A DNA stretch of 64,000 nucleotides from an uncultured bacterium. GTDB lineage: Bacteria > Patescibacteriota > Saccharimonadia > Saccharimonadales > 2-12-FULL-41-12. Shown in pieces: positions 35,497 through 44,341 of this stretch. The notes beneath the pieces were generated by a model that saw nothing but the letters and a program-made list of their open reading frames with translations, had not been told where the DNA came from and did not search any database. Position 1 is the stretch's first letter. Each line of letters opens with the position of its first letter. Both the position numbers and the translations under genes were made by a program. The stretch is from assembly GCA_963834265.1 (NCBI GenBank), contig CAWIAU010000001.1:135572-199571 (forward strand). The letters run 5' to 3'.

Positions 35497-35844
35497 AAAG
35501 ATAGTTTAACAGCTATGAGCTTAAGGTTAAAAATTCATTTCGGCGCGCCTGGGTAGGCGCTTTCCCAAGATACTTTTGTAAGCAGCAACAAAAGTATCCA
35601 AAAACGCTGCAGCGTTGCCGAGAACACGACTGAGTCCAGATACCAGACTGGCCCAGTGATACGAAAGACTCCCGCTGGTCGATCCTGTTCTTAATGTTTT
35701 ATAAGGAATAGAACAAGACTGATTTCGTATCAGCTATTCGAACCAGCCTGATTGGACCCAATCGGTTCCGGCAAGTGCTGGGGGATTCATGGAGTTCCTA
35801 TTTTTAATGAGAAGACCAGGAGTGTCCAGGAATGAGAATTCTAA
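35497..35844 (+). repeat. Structured intergenic repeat family, copy 1 (variant core)
   Basis: Head hairpin gatacttttg/caaaagtatc at 35569-35598. The tail CTGATTGGACCCAATCGGTTCCGGCAAGTGCTGG matches the complement of 55200-55233 at about 30/34 positions. It fills the whole intergenic space. Confidence 0.7.
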
Positions 35845-36375
35845 TCATCTATTAGGTTTTTTGTTTGCTATAACGGCAACGAGCGCAACGATATTTGCCA
35901 CAGCAAGTATGCTATAGCCAGCATAAATTTGAGTAACACCTTTGCTGACCTCATCGTTAGCAGGAGTCTGACTAAATATATTTGAAGGGGGCAACTCGGG
36001 TAATGATTCGTTTGTATAACCCGAAATATCTTTATAATGCTGTTTATTGGCTTGATCTATCTGTTGCGCATCTTTAAGGCCAAGCAGAGACACCAGTATT
36101 AGGATGACTGCGCCCGCCGATACTAATAGTTTTCCTAATGTGTGATTTTTGGCAAACATAGCAATGCTTACCGCAGTTAGAATCGCTAAGATAAACAACC
36201 AATTTTCTGCTTTATAAGTAAACGTTTCTTGAGCCAATATATAATTAAAAGCTGCGCTTGAAGTAACGATGTAAACAGCTATAAAGTTCACAAGAGCGAC
36301 AACAAATAAAATTCTATAGGTCAGGCTTTTCTTGCCAGGAAAAACTTTGGTTGTCTGAGGTGTTGTTACTGGCAT
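35845..36375 (-). CDS. Hypothetical integral membrane protein (176 aa, 4 TM)
   Basis: ORF with four hydrophobic helices. No family recognised. Confidence 0.55.
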   Translation of the reverse strand: MPVTTPQTTKVFPGKKSLTYRILFVVALVNFIAVYIVTSSAAFNYILAQETFTYKAENWLFILAILTAVSIAMFAKNHTLGKLLVSAGAVILILVSLLGLKDAQQIDQANKQHYKDISGYTNESLPELPPSNIFSQTPANDEVSKGVTQIYAGYSILAVANIVALVAVIANKKPNR

Positions 36376-36507
36376 AGTAGTATTTATCCTTTAGTGTAAA
36401 GTTAGTAACAGATAAGAGTATTCTATCAGTTAAAAGCTTAAGGTAAAAAATGAAAAGTTATCTTGCCTATGCTTTCAGCTTTCAGCCTTAAGCCTTAAAC
36501 TGTAGCT

Positions 36508-38288
36508 ATGGATGCGGTAGCAGAGGTTAAGGCGCGACTCAGTATTGAGGACGTAATCAGCGAATATGTGGTACTCAAGCGTGCCGGGCGCAATTTCAAG
36601 GGGCTGAGCCCTTTTAGTAACGAAAAGACACCTAGCTTTGTAGTCAGTCCTGAGAAGCAGATCTGGCACGACTTCAGCTCAGGGCGGGGCGGCGATATCT
36701 TCACATTCGTACAAGAAGTCGAGGGGCTGGATTTTAAAGGTACTCTGGAGCTACTGGCGCGAAAAGCTGGCGTGGACCTGGAACAGTTCCAAACCAAGGG
36801 TGGGCGCTCTGGTCCGGATAAAGAACGGCTTTATAATGCGTTAGATGCGGCTGCCAAATTCTATCAGGTACAGTTTGGCGCCAACAAAGACGCCTATAAC
36901 TACATTCTCAAAACACGCGCCTATTCCAAAAAGACAGTTCTGGAGTTTCGCTTGGGCTATAGCCCGAATTCGGAGCGTTCGCTGACCGATTATTTACTCA
37001 AGCGAGGATATAGTGAACAAGAAATTAAGGCAGCGGGCCTTTCTACTATGCGCCGAAATGGTTCGAGCGACATGTTTCGGGGCCGAATTATGGTGCCGCT
37101 CATGGACGGATTCGGAAGAGTTATCGGATTCACTGCCGGCTGCTGGCCGATGAACCAAATGCACCCAAATACATTAATACACCGCAAACTCCGCTATACG
37201 ATAAAAGCCGTCATGTATTCGGTTTACATCTGGCCAAAAAAGACATTCGTGACAATAAATTCTCGGTGTTAGTGGAGGGTAATATGGATGTTGTCGCCAG
37301 CCATCAGGCCGGTGTACGTAATGTCGTCGCTACTGCCGGTACAGCTCTGACAGAAGGCCAGCTGAAGGCTCTGTCCCGACTGGCACCGGATGTACGTCTG
37401 GCATTTGATCAGGACCGGGCCGGTCTCGCTGCTGCGGAACGTGCTATACCTATCGCCAGCCGCGTAGATGTGAATCTGAGCATTATCACGATTCCAAGCG
37501 GCAAAGATCCGGATGATCTGATCAAACAGGATCCGGAGTTATGGAAACAGGCAATTACTAAATCCCAATATGCTTTCGACTGGCTGATGGATCGTTACAA
37601 AGCCGGACTTGATCCGGACAGCGCACAGGGCAAAAAAGAGTTCACGAATGTGCTGCTGGCAGTAGTGCGCGGTTTGACTGATAGTGTCGAGCAGGATCAT
37701 TATCTGACTAAGATTGCGTCTGTCGGCGGTGTCAATTTAGAGGCCCTGCGCGCTAAATTACATAAAACCACACCTGATACACCCGCCAGAAAGCTTAAAT
37801 CCACAGAAAAGCATAATACTCCGGTTGATACCAGGCTGCAACATGAGCAGCGTCGCACAATTTCGCATTTATTATCACTGACTCTTATGCAGCAGGTGAC
37901 ACGGGAATATCTGGAGATGATCCATCAGGATATGATTGACGATGCTCAGCAGAAAACGGTTTTCAGCTTCCTCAGGAAAAATCCTGAGTTCAGGGGAGAC
38001 CTTGCGACAGCTGAGGAGTTGCAACCCATATCAGATTATGTTAAAATTTTATCACTACTCTTTGAAGAACTTTACAGCACTGTCGATACGTTAGAGCTTC
38101 AATATGAAGCGGCGCGACTAGGAGCCCGGGTGGTAGAAAATTTCGTAAAACAACAAAAGACAATTCTGGCAGGTGAATTACAGAACGCGAGCGAAACTGA
38201 CAGTCAGGAATTACTCGCCCGTGTTCGCGAGCTGGATAAATTATTAAAGATGAGTAAGACAATATCAGCGAGGCAAACTAATGGTTGA
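36508..38288 (+). pseudogene. dnaG: DNA primase DnaG, reading frame broken by a -1 shift near 37134-37140 (ORFs 36508-37272 and 37266-38288)
   Basis: ORF1 ends with ..FRGRIMVPLMDGFGRVIGFT, then reads nonsense. The -1 frame continues RLLADEPNAPKYINTPQTPLYDKSRHVFGLHLAKKDIRDNKFSVLVEGNMDVVASHQAG, the canonical TOPRIM entry. This could be a true frameshift or an assembly indel. Confidence 0.85.
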
Positions 38289-39381
38289 TGAACCTATAAC
38301 CCCAAAGCAACAGATGGAAGAGACCAGGCAGGAACTGCTGGCACTCGCCAAAAAAGACGGCAAAATAGAGCAGGAAGTAATCTTTGCTAAGATACCGGAA
38401 TCACCGGAAAATGCCGAAGCACTCGACAGTTTGTACACAGAACTAGCCGACGCCAATATTCCTGTGGGGGGTATCGCTATAGTGGCAGATGTGTGGGCCG
38501 GTGAGGACGACGAAGAGGTAATACTGGATGACAAGGTTTATCTGGATGATATTGCTGACGACTCAGTCCGTCTCTACCTGCGCGAAATCGGCAAGATTCC
38601 GTTACTTAAAGCCGACGAAGAATTAGCTCTGGCTCAGCGCGTAGTAGCCGGAGACAAAGACGCTAAGGACAAAATGGCCGAAGCTAATATGCGTCTGGTG
38701 GTCAGTATTGCCAAACGCTATGTTGGTCGTGGGCTGGATCTTCTGGATCTTATTCAGGAAGGTAACACCGGATTACTCCGTGCAGTTGAGAAGTTTGATC
38801 CCGACAAGGGCTTCAAATTCAGTACCTACGCGACCTGGTGGATAAGACAGGCAATTACCCGTGCTATCGCCGATCAGGCCCGTGTTATCCGCATACCCGT
38901 TCATATGTTCGAGACTATTAATAAGTTGCTGCGCACACAGCGCCGTCTGACTCAGGAACTCAACCGCGAGCCAACCAACGAAGAAATTGCTGCGGCTATG
39001 GAAATGGAAGTTGAGAAAGTCGAACATATTATGAAGATCAAGCAGGATATTCATTCGCTGGATGCCAGTGTTCGTGATGACGAAGATGACAGTGTATTGG
39101 GAGATTTCATCGAAGATGAAGATACAGCCAGCCCTGAAGAATCAGCCACCGGCCAGTTACTCAAAGAACATGTCAAAGATATGTTGTCAGGACTCACGGA
39201 ACGTGAACAAAAAATACTCAAACTACGGTTTGGCCTGGAAGATGGCAAGAGTCATACCCTCGAGGAAGTCGGCCAGGAATTCATGGTCACCCGCGAACGC
39301 ATTCGCCAGATAGAAGCCAAAGCTCTGGCGAAACTGCGCAAACACAAAGACGCCCGTAAACTCCACGAATACATATCTTGA
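38281..39381 (+). CDS. rpoD: RNA polymerase sigma factor RpoD (sigma-70)
   Basis: 366 aa. Region 2 is [46 protein letters not shown]. The region 4 HTH is [24 protein letters not shown]. Confidence 0.95.
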   Translation: MVDEPITPKQQMEETRQELLALAKKDGKIEQEVIFAKIPESPENAEALDSLYTELADANIPVGGIAIVADVWAGEDDEEVILDDKVYLDDIADDSVRLYLREIGKIPLLKADEELALAQRVVAGDKDAKDKMAEANMRLVVSIAKRYVGRGLDLLDLIQEGNTGLLRAVEKFDPDKGFKFSTYATWWIRQAITRAIADQARVIRIPVHMFETINKLLRTQRRLTQELNREPTNEEIAAAMEMEVEKVEHIMKIKQDIHSLDASVRDDEDDSVLGDFIEDEDTASPEESATGQLLKEHVKDMLSGLTEREQKILKLRFGLEDGKSHTLEEVGQEFMVTRERIRQIEAKALAKLRKHKDARKLHEYIS

Positions 39382-39432
39382 CAAATTAGTATATTATTGC
39401 TAATTTAGCTTTATAATAAACGGAGCTAGAAA

Positions 39433-39828
39433 GTGATCGGTCAAAGAGGTATTGGTAATACATTAAGAACTCGTAGCATGCCTTCATTGAAGGTTATTCT
39501 AGCTAGCGGGACTCTTTTGGTATCTGCTGCAGCTGGTGTATGGGGTGCACCTAAAGCCTTTAAAGCTGCTCATCAAGAACAATCTCAGACAGAGGATCTG
39601 AAGAATGCTGCTTTAGGGGACATTGACGCCGCAAATAGAGCTATGAAGTTGCTGGACGATCCTAGTCATACTGTTACTCCAGACTTAAGCACAAAGCAAA
39701 TTAGACGCACGTATACTAAGCTCCAAAGACTTGAGTTGCTTAATAAACGCAATGGTTTTAGTGAGAGTCGAGCTATCAGAGCAGACAGCATTTTAGATAG
39801 TGTTTTCAAAGAACAGGGCATGACCTAG
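39433..39828 (+). CDS. Hypothetical secreted/anchored protein, N-terminal part of a split gene
   Basis: GTG start with a GGAG RBS and a signal-like segment MPSLKVILASGTLLVSAAAGVWG. Ends at TAG 39826-39828, while the +1 frame stays open for 111 more codons. Confidence 0.5.
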   Translation: MIGQRGIGNTLRTRSMPSLKVILASGTLLVSAAAGVWGAPKAFKAAHQEQSQTEDLKNAALGDIDAANRAMKLLDDPSHTVTPDLSTKQIRRTYTKLQRLELLNKRNGFSESRAIRADSILDSVFKEQGMT

Positions 39829-40156
39829 CCCTCAGCCAGAGACCCTCACGGCGTTAGGCTATGCTATCCGTACAGCAGTAACGGTTGACCAGCCAGGCGG
39901 CGCCCCTCTAACAACTATATTTGGACATGCTTATCATAAAGCAGCAGTTGATCAGCAAGAATACGCAGCGAGATATGCCATTGGCCAAGCAGGACCTGAA
40001 GTTAACCGGCTGCAGGCTGCAGTTGACAGCAGCCCGTGGTCAATAAGCGTTATCACTAATAGACATCTTCAAGACATTGTAGAAGAAGAAGGTCGCAATC
40101 CCATACAAGAATTTGAGGAGATTGCCAGACGGTTTGGGCAAATGGATATTGAGTAA
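39824..40156 (+). pseudogene. Start-less open frame (111 codons) continuing the preceding ORF in the +1 frame
   Basis: There is no ATG/GTG/TTG until 4 codons before the stop. Translates PSPQPETLTALGYAIRTAVTVDQPGGAPLTTIFGHAYHKAAVDQQEYAARYAIGQAGPEVNRLQAAVDSSPWSISVITNRHLQDIVEEEGRNPIQEFEEIARRFGQMDIE. Confidence 0.45.
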
Positions 40157-40230
40157 ACTATAGAAAGTTTAAATATTAAATAGATAAGTCGCATTTCCTA
40201 AGTGATATAAAACAACCTACAATAAGACCC

Positions 40231-40797
40231 ATGAAGATTATCGGAGTTTCCGGGACCAATGGCAGCGGTAAAGATACTCTCTCCCAAATGCTGGGTGACA
40301 AGTATGGGTATTTTGTTGCCTCAGCTACCGATATGCTGGACGCCGAACTTACGCGTCGCGGCTGGCCATCAGACCGCCAGAACAAGAGTAAGCTCGGTGA
40401 CGAATGGCGTCGCGAATCAGGCCTCGGAGTCATTGTCGACAAGGCAGTCGACGCGGCTCTGGCAGCCGGCTTCGATAAATTAGTTGTCGGCAGTCTGCGC
40501 AATCCGGGCGAAGTTGATCGGGTACATGAACTGGCCGGTAAAGTAGTTTGGGTCGACGCCGATCCGCGAATTCGCTATGAACGAATTCAGGCTGCAGATC
40601 GCGGCCGCTCTGAAGACCAAAAAACATATGAACAATTTTGCGCTGAAGAACAAGCAGAAATGCATCATTCCGGCGACGAAGCTACGCTCAACATGACTGT
40701 AGTCCGTGACTGTGCTGATATATCGCTCAATAACAACGGTGAAAACTCCGAACAGTTCCGAGCTGCAGCCGAAAAACTTCTTGCCAGTTTTCTATAG
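40231..40797 (+). CDS. P-loop nucleotide/nucleoside kinase-like protein
   Basis: 188 aa. Walker A GVSGTNGSGKDT at the extreme N-terminus, with size and layout of small NMP/dNK-type kinases. Confidence 0.5.
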   Translation: MKIIGVSGTNGSGKDTLSQMLGDKYGYFVASATDMLDAELTRRGWPSDRQNKSKLGDEWRRESGLGVIVDKAVDAALAAGFDKLVVGSLRNPGEVDRVHELAGKVVWVDADPRIRYERIQAADRGRSEDQKTYEQFCAEEQAEMHHSGDEATLNMTVVRDCADISLNNNGENSEQFRAAAEKLLASFL

Positions 40798-40802
40798 TAT
40801 TC

Positions 40803-41930
40803 GTGATGACAACGGCGTATTCAGAAATTTCTACAATCTTAGCATCAGGTCACCCTGATGAAGTGATAGGTTTAATTAATCAGGGCATAGAAGAAAATGT
40901 CTTAGTGGCTCGTGAGCGGGTTAAACCTTATGGCGCTGTAGCGTCTGTTGCCGAAGGTTTACATTCACAATTATTCGAACAAGCCGGTAGCCATCGGGTC
41001 AGAGGCTTGCTGACCATATTAGGCTTCAAGCTGATGGGTGGTACGGATGATGAAATGATCGTTCGTGCCGCTGTTAGCGGTGAGCTTAATCAGGCAGGAG
41101 TTTTGCCGCTGGATGATATACAGGATGATTCAAAACAGCGTCGAAGCTTACCGGCTTTACATCGTTCACTAGGTTGGTTATACGAGCGTGAAACCGGAAA
41201 TAAAGCTGATGCCGCTAAAGCCGGTGAATCACTGACGACCAATCTTTCTATAAGAAAGCTGTTTGAAGCCCAGGAAATTATTATCCGGCTTGATGCGCCG
41301 CCGGAGAGACGTCTTGCCGCCCTGTCCGTTATTAATCAGAATATGGCAATAACCGGCTTCGGACAGAATCTGGATATTTTGCTCAGTAAGGGACCTCCGG
41401 CTAACGAAGCAGCTATCAGACAGGTTATGCTTGCCAAAACCGCAATCTACACCGTCCTTAATCCGTTACAAGTTGGCATGGCATTAGCTGGTGCATCATC
41501 TCAAAGCCTAAAGGCTGTTCGCGGGTACGCCGAAAATATCGGAACAGCTTTTCAAATACTCAATGATCTGGATGTAACAAAACCGAATACTCCGGAGTCA
41601 CCTAAGGATACGGCAGAAGATATTTTGGGGGGAAAACAGACGCTCCTCACATTTTTTGCGCTATCCCACCCCGATTCCCGTGCAACTGCTAAAGAGCAGA
41701 ATTTTTTGGCCCGCAGGCTCCGGGGTAGCAAGCTAAGTAAAAGGCAATTTGTTAAATGTCAGCGTATTTTACGGACAAGCGGAGCAGTCGATTATGCACT
41801 TGCAGAAATAAAACACCATGCCGCTGTTGCCGGGGACTCATTGCAAAGTGCTGCAGATTCAAATGGGTGGAATCCTAATGCAGTCAAAGCCCTTGGCTAC
41901 TTTACCAGTAAGCTCGCGGCAGCAGCCTGA
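40803..41930 (+). CDS. Polyprenyl synthetase family protein (trans-isoprenyl diphosphate synthase-like)
   Basis: 375 aa. First Asp-rich motif LDDIQDDSKQRR. The second motif is degenerate: FQILNDLDV. Confidence 0.7.
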   Translation: MMTTAYSEISTILASGHPDEVIGLINQGIEENVLVARERVKPYGAVASVAEGLHSQLFEQAGSHRVRGLLTILGFKLMGGTDDEMIVRAAVSGELNQAGVLPLDDIQDDSKQRRSLPALHRSLGWLYERETGNKADAAKAGESLTTNLSIRKLFEAQEIIIRLDAPPERRLAALSVINQNMAITGFGQNLDILLSKGPPANEAAIRQVMLAKTAIYTVLNPLQVGMALAGASSQSLKAVRGYAENIGTAFQILNDLDVTKPNTPESPKDTAEDILGGKQTLLTFFALSHPDSRATAKEQNFLARRLRGSKLSKRQFVKCQRILRTSGAVDYALAEIKHHAAVAGDSLQSAADSNGWNPNAVKALGYFTSKLAAAA

Positions 41931-41931
41931 T

Positions 41932-42849
41932 ATGCGGTACGGTTCTGAGCGGCAGATTTTCAGACGGGGAAGTACGACATTTTACCGGAGCTCACTGTTT
42001 TTTCCTGCAAAGATACGTACGGATGTTTTTGATTTATACAGTTTTGTTCGGGTAGCCGATGACTACGTGGACAAGCTGCCTCGTAACCGCGAAGCATTTT
42101 ATGAACTACGAGGCTTGTGGACGCAGTCCATTAAAAGTACTCACTTTAGCACGGCTAAAAAGCCGTCGGATTCTCTCAATCAACGGGTTATTAAAAATAT
42201 GGTTCGTTTGATGCGAGCACATAATTTTGATCCAACATGGGTAGAGAGCTTCCTGGACTCCATGGAGTCCGACTTATCATGGGCTACAAGCAAGATCGGT
42301 GCGAAGACAGGTAAAAAGCATATTGAACATGGCAAGCACCAATTTTATAAGTTCGATAATCCAAAAGCTCTGCTGTTTTATATACACGGCTCTGCTGAGG
42401 TAGTAGGGCTAATGCTGGCTCGCATCATGGGTCTGCCAAAGGCTGCTGATAGGTACGCCGAACTGCTGGGCCGCTCTCTCCAAAGCATCAATTTTATACG
42501 TGATATACAAGAAGATAATAATTTAGGGCGTTGTTATTTCGTCAACAGCGATTTCGAGAAATTTGGACTGCCTGATCTTTCTGAAGCTAGTGCTCGGGGT
42601 AATCCTGAGGGCTTCGCGAACTTTATACGGGAGCAAATAGAGCTCTACAGAAAAACTCAGCGGGAGGCGATCAAAGGCTTCAGGTTCATACCTAGGCGTT
42701 ACCGCCTTCCCATTCAAACAGCTGTAGACATGTACGACTGGACAGCCAACAAAATTGCTCAAGACCCTCTGATTGTGTTCCAGAAAAAAGTTAAACCCTC
42801 CAAGCCCAGAATCCTCAAAACCGCTTTGAATAACATTATTAAAACTTGA
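41932..42849 (+). CDS. Phytoene/squalene synthase family protein
   Basis: Start is set at ATG 41932, 2 nt after the upstream stop; the ORF-track start at 41818 overlaps by 113 nt. YSFVRVADDYVD and LQSINFIRDIQEDNNLGRCY match the two family signatures. Confidence 0.75.
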   Translation: MRYGSERQIFRRGSTTFYRSSLFFPAKIRTDVFDLYSFVRVADDYVDKLPRNREAFYELRGLWTQSIKSTHFSTAKKPSDSLNQRVIKNMVRLMRAHNFDPTWVESFLDSMESDLSWATSKIGAKTGKKHIEHGKHQFYKFDNPKALLFYIHGSAEVVGLMLARIMGLPKAADRYAELLGRSLQSINFIRDIQEDNNLGRCYFVNSDFEKFGLPDLSEASARGNPEGFANFIREQIELYRKTQREAIKGFRFIPRRYRLPIQTAVDMYDWTANKIAQDPLIVFQKKVKPSKPRILKTALNNIIKT

Positions 42850-42925
42850 AGCAACCGGGCAAGGCGATAGACAGAATATATATTCTGCGATATTATATCT
42901 TTATTAGCAAGGGAGATTAAGTATT

Positions 42926-43816
42926 GTGAATGCACCAACATTTGAAAGACTAGCCTTAGGAGAAGTTCAAGAAGATCCAAAAATTGTACTGCACGTAGGT
43001 GATGGCGTGATTACTGAAATTGCCGAACAATTTATGCCCGCTGATTTTCAAATGGAAGCAACACCTGAATCACTCGGTGAGGTTATTGGCAAAACTGGTC
43101 CAAAATCTACAATGAGAGACAATGAAGCCAGAGTAGAAAGTACTCTTGCCGATGCTTTGCCAACTGCTCTCGGCTGGGTAGAACGTTCAGGCATTATGGT
43201 ACCGATCAACCGTGGACTATGGAACCCCGAAGAAGTTGCCCCCGAGGATGCAGTACTGATAATTATGGCTGGCGTTCCTAACTGGGTGCGGCGATCTGTT
43301 GAGAGAACTATCAAAGCACCTCAGGAAGAAGTTATTATTGCGGCAGGTGGACGCGTGATGGATAGTGAAACAGATCTAAAAAATACCGACGTTCAAGCCC
43401 ATATTGAAAAAATGGGTACTCCGCCAACTGAAGCGGAGCATTTAGAAAATCTTTATAGAAAAACTCTGGAAGAAGCCGGCAAAAAAGTACGTATTCTTAA
43501 AACGGATGCGGTTTCTTCATGGCAAATTTTGCCTGAAACATTCAGGCAATTTCCGGATTTAATAGATCGCAATGTAGCAGCCGTCCGTGTAAACAATGCG
43601 GCTCTTACTATGGCGCTACAACTTCGCCTGGCCGGCCGTACTATAACCAGATCGTTCGATACTCAGGATAATCCACAACTTTCTGCTATATCAGACGATA
43701 TTGCTTTAGCCAGAACTAAGGACGAAACAACCCGACCAAAGGAATTTCAATCTCCTATAACGACAGTTCGTCAAATACCGGTTCTTGGCAAAGAATTCGT
43801 ATCTCAAACGTATTAG
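42926..43816 (+). CDS. Hypothetical protein (296 aa)
   Basis: GTG start with an AGGGAG RBS. No family recognised. Confidence 0.5.
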   Translation: MNAPTFERLALGEVQEDPKIVLHVGDGVITEIAEQFMPADFQMEATPESLGEVIGKTGPKSTMRDNEARVESTLADALPTALGWVERSGIMVPINRGLWNPEEVAPEDAVLIIMAGVPNWVRRSVERTIKAPQEEVIIAAGGRVMDSETDLKNTDVQAHIEKMGTPPTEAEHLENLYRKTLEEAGKKVRILKTDAVSSWQILPETFRQFPDLIDRNVAAVRVNNAALTMALQLRLAGRTITRSFDTQDNPQLSAISDDIALARTKDETTRPKEFQSPITTVRQIPVLGKEFVSQTY

Positions 43817-43838
43817 TTTACACTTAGTTAAAATAATG

Positions 43839-43867
43839 TTGACATTAAAGCATAAGTATGATAATAT
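43839..43867 (+). promoter_or_regulatory. Sigma-70-type promoter (TTGACA-17-TAATAT)
   Basis: -35 at 43839-43844 and -10 at 43862-43867, upstream of ORF 43911. Confidence 0.5.
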
Positions 43868-43910
43868 AGAATAGTTCAATTCAAAAAATAAAAAGGAATT
43901 CTAAAACAAA

Positions 43911-44246
43911 ATGGACGCACAATATCAAGGAATGTATAAGGCTGCAGCAACCATGCAGCATAATTTTCGCCACATGACCGCGCATGCGGCTCATGATCCG
44001 ATGGCTACGGTGCTGAATAACCAGCTGCATGCTCTGCACAAAGACCTTGCTAACGGTAAGAGCCCCCGTGCAATCGAAAATCGCTTAAAGATGATCGATC
44101 GACAGATGCATCAGGTTCAGAGAACAGGCGGAAACTCATACGCTATGCCGGGACAGAGCCCTCTTATGAGTACGCAAAGAGCGGGACAGTACCGAAGTGG
44201 CATCAAAGCCCTGCAAAACACCGTCCGCACCCACTCAAACTATTAG
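43911..44246 (+). CDS. Hypothetical His/Gln/Met-rich protein (111 aa)
   Basis: AAGGAA RBS with its own promoter. No family recognised. Confidence 0.45.
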   Translation: MDAQYQGMYKAAATMQHNFRHMTAHAAHDPMATVLNNQLHALHKDLANGKSPRAIENRLKMIDRQMHQVQRTGGNSYAMPGQSPLMSTQRAGQYRSGIKALQNTVRTHSNY

Positions 44247-44341
44247 GTAAATTGTTACTACTCATCTGATATTATTTTATTCAATATTATTAGCTGAACA
44301 AATTGTTTGTTTTCTCTAGTCGCGTATACTTAATAGATAGT

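Noticed and set aside
35497-35844. Possibility that this GC-richer structured 348-bp intergenic region is RNase P RNA, tmRNA, SRP RNA or 6S RNA
   Set aside because: I found no GAGGAAAGUCCGG / ACAGAA..GGCUUA (RNase P) motif. There is no tRNA-like GGGG...CCACCA ends or tag ORF (tmRNA), and no GGAAGCAGCC-type domain IV (SRP). Instead it shares blocks with three other intergenic copies, so it is reported as a repeat family.
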